DNA of 48,605 nucleotides, taken from the NCBI GenBank assembly GCA_004292575.1, contig RDXD01000382.1, forward strand, positions 1 through 48,605, written 5' to 3'. Source of the stretch: Bacteroidota bacterium. Its GTDB lineage: Bacteria > Bacteroidota > Bacteroidia > Chitinophagales > Chitinophagaceae. Positions 39,682 through 47,103 of the stretch are shown in pieces. Position numbers and translations under genes: made by a program. Within the stretch, counting starts at the first letter, position 1, and each line of letters opens with the position of its first letter. The notes beneath the pieces were generated by a model, which did not search any database, had not been told where the DNA came from, and was given only the letters and a program-made list of their open reading frames with translations.

Positions 39682-40812
39682 ATGAAGGGTGGATTTATTT
39701 TAATAGGGTTGTGTTTTGCTGCACCGCTATGGGGCTTGGCACAGGCTACACTAATACTGCGCACCCAACCCACAGCGTTGAAGCCCGGCGCCACCTTGCT
39801 TTTGGAAGCCACATACCAAAACCCTGGCGTGAAGACGCCTAAATACAGCACCTTGCATATTGCCATAGAAGCTGCTGACCAGCGGCTACAGTGGCAGCTG
39901 CGGTACCCGCTAGTAGATGGATTGGCAACCGCCGCCATTGCGCTGCCCGATAGCCTGCCAAAGGGCGTGTATGTGCTAAGGGCCAAAGTGCAGCGCGAAA
40001 TGGTACATGTATTGGGCAGGGTAAAGGGCAAGAAGCCGCCGCCGGTTATTAATGCACTGGCCATGAAGGGGAAAGAAATGGTGTTTGCCAAGCCGGTTAA
40101 TGTGGATGCCGACGGTTACTTTCAACTTCAAAACTTGTTGTTTGAAGAGCGCGCCACGCTGGTGTTTACCCCCATTGACAAGTCTAAAAACAACTGGCTA
40201 GATGTGGAGGTAGAAACACCTGTAGATTCAAGTTTTTACGCTTTTGCCGAGTGCACCCTGCGCCTGCCTGTTGGTGTACCTGCCACCGACACACTTACTG
40301 CAGGTGCAAGCGGGCCAAAAACGGCTGATAATGGAAATACGCTGCAAAACGTGGTGGTAACGGGTAAGGCAAAAACCAACCTCGATAAATTTGCCGATAG
40401 GTATGTAAGCGGATTTTTCTTGGGCAACGGCTATACGTTCGACGGCATCGACGATCAGCAGTTGAGTACGGCGCTTACCGTATTCGATTTTTTAATAGGG
40501 CGCGTGCCTGGGCTAAACATTTTGCGCAACGGTACCGATGTTGAACCCAACGTTACTTGGCGAGATGCAGAACCGGCCTACTTTGTTGACGAAATACAGA
40601 CCGATTTACAGGGCATTTTGAGCATAAGCACGCCCGACATAGCCATGGTAAAAGTGATGCGTCCACCGTTTTTTGGGGTTATTATGGGCGGTGCCGGCGG
40701 TGCCATAGCGGTGTACACCAAGCGCGAAGGCAGCAACTATGGTACTTACGGCAACCGTTTTAAGTTTGTCATTACGGGCTATACCCCGCAGTTGTACAAA
40801 TTGGTGCTATAG
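39682..40812 (+). CDS. Secreted protein with a C-terminal TonB-plug-like domain and no barrel
   Basis: Signal peptide; LQNVVVTGK, FDFLIGRVPGL, PAYFVDE, DIAMVKV...GGAIAVYTK resemble plug-domain motifs. Confidence 0.75.
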   Translation: MKGGFILIGLCFAAPLWGLAQATLILRTQPTALKPGATLLLEATYQNPGVKTPKYSTLHIAIEAADQRLQWQLRYPLVDGLATAAIALPDSLPKGVYVLRAKVQREMVHVLGRVKGKKPPPVINALAMKGKEMVFAKPVNVDADGYFQLQNLLFEERATLVFTPIDKSKNNWLDVEVETPVDSSFYAFAECTLRLPVGVPATDTLTAGASGPKTADNGNTLQNVVVTGKAKTNLDKFADRYVSGFFLGNGYTFDGIDDQQLSTALTVFDFLIGRVPGLNILRNGTDVEPNVTWRDAEPAYFVDEIQTDLQGILSISTPDIAMVKVMRPPFFGVIMGGAGGAIAVYTKREGSNYGTYGNRFKFVITGYTPQLYKLVL

Positions 40813-40829
40813 AAAATGCGCGGCAGGGG

Positions 40830-42749
40830 CTAAAGTGTTTTTTGTACCTGCTGGTTTATAACCACCGGATAGCGTTTCTTTAGCCTGTCTATCCATTGCT
40901 TTTCCAGCACTTGCTGGTAATCGTTTACAATAAAGCCGCGGGCTTCTTCAAAGCTGCGCTGCCCACCGACCGGCACCCTGCTTACCACAAAGGCACAGGT
41001 TTGGCTGCTATCTTGGGCGTTGGTTATAACGGGCGTAAATTGCCCCATGCCCACGCCGGTAAAATTAAGGTCGGGCAATTGGGTTATTTCAAAGCGCCCA
41101 CTGTCTATTACCAGGCCGCCCGTGGGGCTGGTGGCTTCGGCCGTAAACCGCCAGCTGGCAGGGTTGGCCCTTATACTGTCTTGCACCATTTTCATTTGCA
41201 CCGGGTCGGCAGTTACAATTATGGCGTTTAAGCTTTCGCCCCAGGTATATTTCCCCGGCTTGCTTTTGTAGTACGCCTGCAGACCTTTTAGGTCTTCCGA
41301 TGCCCTGCTCCACACCTGTTTTTCCATCGACTCAAAAAGAAGGTTGGCCTCCGCAAACTCTTTTATTTGTGCGCTTAGTGCGGGGTACAGGCGTGGTGCA
41401 TTGGCCCGCCATTCGTTTTCGGCCGCTATTGCCAAAAACTCATCAAACGTGCCGCTGTAGCTGGCAATGGGGTAGCCACTGTTTACCTGGTTTTTTGCGT
41501 ATGTGGCAAAATCGCTGGCGCTATATGTTTTTTTGTAAAAATTAAAAATTGGGGTTGATGCCTTGGTGGTTAAGCCAGCCACGGGTTTGTTTTTAATGAT
41601 GCTGTCGGTGTACTGCCACAGGCCATCGAGGTTAAGATTTGAAACTGGTTTGTAAGACAGCGCCGCCATTTGGCTGGCAATAAAACTGCGCTTAGCACCC
41701 TCCATGCGGCCTGTTTCCAGCACTTTTTGGCGCAGCAGTGCTAGGTTTTCGGCATCGGCGGTGTCGCTGGCTACGGGCCGTTTTTCAATGAGTTTTAGTA
41801 TATGCCACCCAAAGCTGGTTTCAAATGGTGGCGCTATTTGCCCGGGTTTATCAAGGCCAAATGCTACCGCTTCAAACTTGGCATCGTAGGAACCTACGCC
41901 AAAAGGCGGCAGCTGGCCGCCGTTGTTATAGCTGCTGCGGTCGGCGCTTAGGGTTAGGGCCAACTTGGCAAAATCGGCTCCATTTTGCAGCAGTTTAAAA
42001 ACCGAGTCGGCGGTGGCTTTGGTGGTATTGGGCTGTGTTTTGTCCAATGGTACCAGCAGTATTTGTGCCAGTTTCACGTTTCCTGCGGCAGGCCGTTCGT
42101 TTACAATTTTAAAAATGTGCCAGCCGTTGGTTCCTTTTATGGGTGTAGTATGGCCGCCAACTGGTGCGGTATAAATGGCTTTTTCGAAGCGGTAGGGTAG
42201 TGTAAAAGCCGTTATCCAACTGGTTTGCATGCCTTGGGTTAAGCGCTCCGGCTCTGTGCCATATTGTTTCAACACATCTTCAAAAGCTGCCCCACTTGCC
42301 AGGGCATCGGCAGCTTTGCTGGCCATTTGCGCAGCGTTGGCCGCAAGCACCGGGTTGGTACCATTTACGGCTATAAAAAGGTGGGCTACCTCCCGGTCGG
42401 TTTGGGTATGCTTAAGGGCTTCCAGCACCAGTGCATCGGTGCCCGCTTTGGCGTTTAAAAAGGTTTCAACGGCTTGTTGCCGATAGTTGTTGGCCTCAGC
42501 CACTTGGTTGGGAAGGGTGTCCATTTTACGGTCGTAGGCATCTTGCACCTTCAGCTTGTAATTCACATAGAGTGGCAGGTAGGCTTCTATGGCTTGCTTG
42601 CGGTTGCCTTCAACGGGGTTTTTGTTAAAGGCGTTCATAAACTCGGCTTTAGAAACCGTTTTGCCACCGTAGGTAAACAAGGTTTGCGCATGGGTGGCCG
42701 CGCTGCACAAGCACAGCAATATGGACAACGTGGCAATGGTAAAACGCAT
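40830..42749 (-). CDS. SurA-like peptidyl-prolyl cis-trans isomerase (two parvulin domains)
   Basis: Signal peptide; YVNYKLKV, VAHLFI...GWHIFK and LAQILL...FAKLA...SAD...GGQLP...TSFGWHILK rotamase motifs. ATG at 42749. Confidence 0.9.
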   Translation of the reverse strand: MRFTIATLSILLCLCSAATHAQTLFTYGGKTVSKAEFMNAFNKNPVEGNRKQAIEAYLPLYVNYKLKVQDAYDRKMDTLPNQVAEANNYRQQAVETFLNAKAGTDALVLEALKHTQTDREVAHLFIAVNGTNPVLAANAAQMASKAADALASGAAFEDVLKQYGTEPERLTQGMQTSWITAFTLPYRFEKAIYTAPVGGHTTPIKGTNGWHIFKIVNERPAAGNVKLAQILLVPLDKTQPNTTKATADSVFKLLQNGADFAKLALTLSADRSSYNNGGQLPPFGVGSYDAKFEAVAFGLDKPGQIAPPFETSFGWHILKLIEKRPVASDTADAENLALLRQKVLETGRMEGAKRSFIASQMAALSYKPVSNLNLDGLWQYTDSIIKNKPVAGLTTKASTPIFNFYKKTYSASDFATYAKNQVNSGYPIASYSGTFDEFLAIAAENEWRANAPRLYPALSAQIKEFAEANLLFESMEKQVWSRASEDLKGLQAYYKSKPGKYTWGESLNAIIVTADPVQMKMVQDSIRANPASWRFTAEATSPTGGLVIDSGRFEITQLPDLNFTGVGMGQFTPVITNAQDSSQTCAFVVSRVPVGGQRSFEEARGFIVNDYQQVLEKQWIDRLKKRYPVVINQQVQKTL

Positions 42750-42817
42750 GTTGCAAGTATAATTTGGGCGTGAAAATACGCGGAGCCGTATAAAAAACGT
42801 GTTTAACCCCTCAATAA

Positions 42818-43456
42818 TTAGGGCGCCAAGCGCTGAATGCGCCACTGCTGCTCGGTTTTGGTGTACAGCAGCCTATCGTGCAGGCGGCTTGGGCGGCCTT
42901 GCCAAAACTCTATTTGCGTGGGTGCCAGGCAGTAGCCGCCCCAGTGCGGCGGGCGCTGCACATCGCCATTGGGGTGCTGCGCTACCAGCGCCGCTAGGTT
43001 TTGCTCCAGCGGTTCTCTACCATTAATGGGGCTACTTTGCGGGCTAGCCCATGCCCCCAGCCTACTGCCGGGCGGGCGGCTGGCAAAATAAGCATCGCTT
43101 TGGGCGGCCTCAATGGGCTGCACTGTGCCCGATATGCGCACCTGCCGCTCCAATTCTTTCCAAAAAAACACCAATGCGGCTTTGGGGTTGTGCAGCAATT
43201 GCTGGCCTTTGTGGCTGTTGTAGTTGGTAAAAAACACAAAACCATCAGCATCATAATCCTTTAGCAGCACAATGCGGCCCTGTGGCTGGCCTGCGTCATC
43301 CACGGTACAAAGCGTCATGGCGTTCACCTCGTCTATCTGTGCATCAAGGGCTTGTTGCCACCAATGGGCAAATTGGTCAAAAGGGTTTTGGGCAGCATCA
43401 GTTTCCAGCAGCTGCTGTAGCTTGTAGTCGCGTCGTATGTCGGCAATGGGTTGCAA
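42818..43456 (-). CDS. pdxH: Pyridoxamine 5'-phosphate oxidase
   Basis: IADIRRDY, RIVLLK, FFTNYNSHKG, ERQVRI, YFASRP, PPHWGGY, IEFWQGRPSRLHDR. TTG at 43456 preferred because the -7 promoter element overlaps the longer start. Confidence 0.96.
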   Translation of the reverse strand: MQPIADIRRDYKLQQLLETDAAQNPFDQFAHWWQQALDAQIDEVNAMTLCTVDDAGQPQGRIVLLKDYDADGFVFFTNYNSHKGQQLLHNPKAALVFFWKELERQVRISGTVQPIEAAQSDAYFASRPPGSRLGAWASPQSSPINGREPLEQNLAALVAQHPNGDVQRPPHWGGYCLAPTQIEFWQGRPSRLHDRLLYTKTEQQWRIQRLAP

Positions 43457-43480
43457 GGGGTATCTGTATTTGTGATGGCG

Positions 43481-43488
43481 CAAAGGTA
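43481..43488 (-). promoter_or_regulatory. Bacteroidota -7 promoter element for pdxH
   Basis: Minus strand reads TACCTTTG followed by CG. Confidence 0.65.
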
Positions 43489-43983
43489 GCGGCTAGCGTT
43501 CAGTGTCCAAGTGCACCACGAGCTGTGTTTTAGTTGGTGCCACGCACTTGGCGTACAAACAAACACTTTTGGGCGCGGTTTGGTTGCAATGCGCATTGGC
43601 CCAGCAGCCGCGTTGCGCCCAAATACCCGGCAGGCAGCAGCCAATGCCTAAAGTAAAGCGGCCTGTTGCCTTTTATGGGTGTGGCACCTAAGTGCATGAT
43701 GGTTAGGCTATTTTTGGCAGGTAGGAAGTTAGAAATAAGGGTTTTGGCAGTTGCCAAAATTGCTTTGCCCGTGGCAATCGACCGTAGCGCTTAGATTTAA
43801 CCATGGTCAAAACCGTTATGCTTGGCTTAGCGGCCAGGGCGGGCTTTTGCGAAGGCTTTATAGCATCTGGTTATATTTTCTGCCGGGGCTTTTACGGGTG
43901 AAAGGTTTTGCTATTTTGATTGGTTGGACTTATATCTATTGTACGAAAAATTTATAAACGAATAAAACACGGCACTAAGAGGT

Positions 43984-44260
43984 TAGTCGTATAGCCGCCC
44001 CCCCTGAGCGTGAACCATTTGGCACAATACGAAAAACCCCCGAACCATTTGAAACAGCGGCCTTTGGCTATGACTTGTTCAGCCGCTCGATTCCTGAAGT
44101 GGTTTTGTAGGATTTGTAGGTAGCCCGTCGGTTAATTCCGGTAAGATTTGGCACTACCAACTTATGGAGAGCAATGATTTTAATGGTCACGGTACATGGC
44201 CATCGTTACCCAATCTGTTGTGGCTTGCCATCCGTACTGCACTCTATCACTTGAACTTAC
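43984..44260. repeat. Copy A of a ~280-nt diverged non-coding direct repeat
   Basis: Colinear with 45606-45885; shared blocks TAGTCGTAT, CTGAGCGTGAAC, CCCCCGAACCATTT, TTTGGCTAT, TGTTCAGCC, GTGGTTTTGTAGGA, TAGCCCGT, ATCACTTG.ACTTAC. Confidence 0.9.
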
Positions 44261-44354
44261 AACATGTGTCTGGCGGCAGCATTATAAGGTGGCATGGGGG
44301 CATTTTAGCAAGCAGTATGCAGCGGCTCGTTTGCAGTAGGTAGTTGGCAGTGGT

Positions 44355-44588
44355 TTGTCCCAAATATGGGGGATAATTGGGACAAAATTAAGGTTGGCTT
44401 GTCGCAAATATTGCCAAAATGTGCGACAAAAGTGAGTGTGAATATAATCTTATGTGGTTGATATTTAAGTAGTTAATAGAAGTGATTTTGCAGGCAGGAA
44501 TTTGCGAATACATTTTGTCATTAATTACTGATTGGTTAATTGATGTTTTGGTTAAAGTTGTCCCAAATATTTACTATAATTGGGACAA
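44355..44588. promoter_or_regulatory. Three palindromic operators TTGTC(C/G)CA-N15-TG(G/C)GACAA upstream of the antitoxin
   Basis: Copies at 44355-44385, 44399-44429 and 44558-44588, all with a 15-nt spacer. Confidence 0.85.
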
Positions 44589-44602
44589 AATATTGAATTA
44601 AA

Positions 44603-45214
44603 ATGGCAGAACAGTCTATACATAAACAAATAGAAGCCTGGATTAAAAAACGAGGTAGGGGCAGCATCTTGTTCCCTCAAGATTTTTATAGTATTGGCAG
44701 CACCGAAGCCGTTAAAAAAATATTGCTGCGGCTAGAAAAAAAGGGCATGCTTACCCGGTTGGCTTTCGGTATTTATTTATACCCTAAGCAAAGCAAGCTA
44801 TTGGGAAACATTACACCTTCATTAGAAGAAATAGCAAAAGCCATTGCCAAACGCGACAAAGCACGCATAGTGCCTACAGGAAGTTATGCATTGAATGCTT
44901 TAGGCCTTTCTACCCAAGTGCCATTAAATGCAGTGTATCTTACTGATGGGGCAGCCAGAAGGGTAAAAATAGGCAAGCGGACTATTCTATTTAAAAAATC
45001 CAGTCCTAAAAATTTAGCAGCGGTTGGCCCAATTAGTGGCTTGGCCATACAGGCACTTAAAGCCATTGGTGAAGGAAGAGTGTCAACAGAGGAAGAACAA
45101 AAGCTACTACAACTTCTTAAGAAAGAAAATCAGGAAGCACTAAAACAGGACATAGCCTTGGCACCTGAATGGATTAAAGTAATTATGAAAAAATTAATGA
45201 CATCAGCCCAATGA
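44603..45214 (+). CDS. AbiEi-like type IV TA antitoxin / winged-helix regulator (DUF6088-like)
   Basis: wHTH-like N-terminus (DFYSIGSTEAVKKILLRLEKKG...RLAFGIY) and ALNALGLSTQVP...YLTDG; stop overlaps the next start (ATGA). Confidence 0.85.
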   Translation: MAEQSIHKQIEAWIKKRGRGSILFPQDFYSIGSTEAVKKILLRLEKKGMLTRLAFGIYLYPKQSKLLGNITPSLEEIAKAIAKRDKARIVPTGSYALNALGLSTQVPLNAVYLTDGAARRVKIGKRTILFKKSSPKNLAAVGPISGLAIQALKAIGEGRVSTEEEQKLLQLLKKENQEALKQDIALAPEWIKVIMKKLMTSAQ

Positions 45215-45585
45215 ACACAAAAGCAATAAGCAGTTGGCTACAGCTAAGTAGAGCAGACAAGCGAGCCATTTTGAATGAAGTGGCGGCGCAAATTAATTTG
45301 CCTACTGCTGCCATAGAAAAAGATTGGTGGGTTGTACGCACATTGGAACTGGTTTTTGCCAGTTCAATAGCACCACATACAGTTTTTAAAGGCGGCACAT
45401 CACTCAGTAAAGCATGGAATTTAATTGACCGTTTTTCAGAAGATATTGATTTGGCATTGGACAGAAGGTTTTTGGGATTTGATAAAACGGATGCTGAGAT
45501 GAACGGTTCGCAGGTAAGAAAGTTGAGAGAGACTTCTGACAAGTTTATCACCGAGAAAGATTTTCCTGAATTGGTTAAACTATAA
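45211..45585 (+). pseudogene. Truncated AbiEii/AbiGii nucleotidyltransferase toxin
   Basis: IEKDWWV, VFKGGTSLSK, RFSEDIDL motifs; only 124 aa, stopping 20 nt before repeat copy B; C-terminal half absent. Confidence 0.85.
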
Positions 45586-45605
45586 ATAATAGAGCTGGGG
45601 ACATA

Positions 45606-45885
45606 TAGTCGTATTGCCGATACCCCCTCTGAGCGTGAACCCGTTAGTACAAGGCGCCCCCACCCCCCGAACCATTTAAGGCGCTTGCTTTTGGCTATAC
45701 GCTGTTCAGCCCCACCGGGCCTAGCGTGGTTTTGTAGGAATTATAGATAGCCCGTTGGGTGTTTGCGCCAGGGTTTGGTGCTGCCAATTTACGGATGGTG
45801 GATGATTGCAATGCTGACGGCACATAGTTGCATTTGGCAATGTGATGGCGATTTCCATGCCTGTTGACTAATCACTTGCACTTAC
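45606..45885. repeat. Copy B of the ~280-nt diverged non-coding direct repeat
   Basis: Hand count: 94/132 identical ungapped positions between 45664-45795 and 44037-44168. Confidence 0.9.
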
Positions 45886-45929
45886 TAATGGTTTATTCAT
45901 TAAAATAAGTTTATAGCCTAAAGTTATTT

Positions 45930-46319
45930 TTGAAACATATTTTACATACTTTTACTCCGAAGATTAAGCGCATAAAACTCAAACACATAAAAAAAATCAT
46001 CCTTCCTTTTTTGTTGGTGTGTGTAGCCTGTGTAAGCGCAAGTGCTACCCCCCCGCCTTTAACGGCGCCGACCTCTAATCGTCAGACTGTTGGTACTGAC
46101 GCTACGTTTTCATTTGATATAGCAACAGGCAAATGGAGCTGTACTATGCATGCTGCTGTAAGTGGAACAATGGAGAGTTCCGATTGTGGAACAGTAACAG
46201 TGGGTGGGTTTGGTATGGCCACCGCTGATACTTGTGAAGAAGCATTCAGGCTGGCTAAGATTATGGCACGACAAATGGCTGCCTCTGTTATAGTGGAAGT
46301 AGCCATGTTCGGCTGTTAA
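45930..46319 (+). CDS. Small secreted Cys-containing protein
   Basis: Signal-peptide-like KKIILPFLLVCVACVSASA; mature part has four Cys including the C-terminal residue. The real start is probably near 45987 (ATA in an ATG-like context). Confidence 0.7.
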   Translation: MKHILHTFTPKIKRIKLKHIKKIILPFLLVCVACVSASATPPPLTAPTSNRQTVGTDATFSFDIATGKWSCTMHAAVSGTMESSDCGTVTVGGFGMATADTCEEAFRLAKIMARQMAASVIVEVAMFGC

Positions 46320-46380
46320 GTCAAAATTCGTATCACTTTATATTTACTGGCGCTTAATCTTCATTTAAATCCATCTAGCC

Positions 46381-47103
46381 ATGAATTCAATTACAGCCAC
46401 CATAGCATTCTTTTTCATTTCCCATGCGGCATTAACGCAAGTATTGTCGGTTCGGCCGCCTTCCATTTGTGCTACATATTCAATTTCAAAAGTAATTACC
46501 GATCCAAGTAATGCCGCGCAAACCGTAGCCACCCTTAAATACCGCGGCACTTTCAAAGCCCGAGGGCAAAGGTTTGTAAGTTATTGCGAGCCATTAAACC
46601 TGAGCGATTATCCGCCCGACGGAGTTATTGAGCTGGGCGGGCCTTCGGAATTTGAACGCAGATCAATACTTATTCCCACAGCTGCTCGCCAATCGTTACG
46701 GATAGTTGATTTGGATTCAAACATTATTCGGGAACGTATGGATTTTAATGATACTGGCGTCAACATGATGTATAATTTTGAGCCCAGCTATCAACAATGG
46801 AAATTGTCTGCTGAAACAAAACTGATCAACGGTTTGTTGGTGCAGAAGGCAATATTTATAAATTGGCAAGGTGTTCTAAGTGCAGAAGGCTGGTTCTACA
46901 CTGCGCTTTCAATTGCGGTTGGTCCGGGTATGATGGTGGGTGTACCTGGACTGCTCGTAGAAGGTTATGACTTCCTGTCAAAGCGGTCGTTTGTGTTGGA
47001 GGAATATGATTCTGGGTGCACCATTACTGATGCTGATTTTTGGTTCCCAGAATTCAGTGAGTCTTTTATACAGAAGGTACTCAAGAATCGATATCCCAAA
47101 TAG
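46381..47103 (+). CDS. GLPGLI family protein
   Basis: QWKLSAETKLINGLLVQKA...AEGWF...AVGPGMMVGVPGLLVE matches the GLPGLI family layout; signal-like N-terminus. Confidence 0.8.
   Translation: MNSITATIAFFFISHAALTQVLSVRPPSICATYSISKVITDPSNAAQTVATLKYRGTFKARGQRFVSYCEPLNLSDYPPDGVIELGGPSEFERRSILIPTAARQSLRIVDLDSNIIRERMDFNDTGVNMMYNFEPSYQQWKLSAETKLINGLLVQKAIFINWQGVLSAEGWFYTALSIAVGPGMMVGVPGLLVEGYDFLSKRSFVLEEYDSGCTITDADFWFPEFSESFIQKVLKNRYPK

Noticed and set aside
43984-44050. Minus-strand GGTTCGGGGG resembling a group II intron 3' end
   Set aside because: No domain V hairpin with the AGC/CGC triad and no reverse transcriptase.
44040-44170. Repeat read as a TAG-recoded peptide (VVL*DL*VAR versus VVL*EL*IAR)
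   Set aside because: Some substitutions look synonymous, but equally so on the opposite strand; frame-breaking indels differ between copies and TAG is a normal stop for several genes here. A decayed CDS is not fully excluded.
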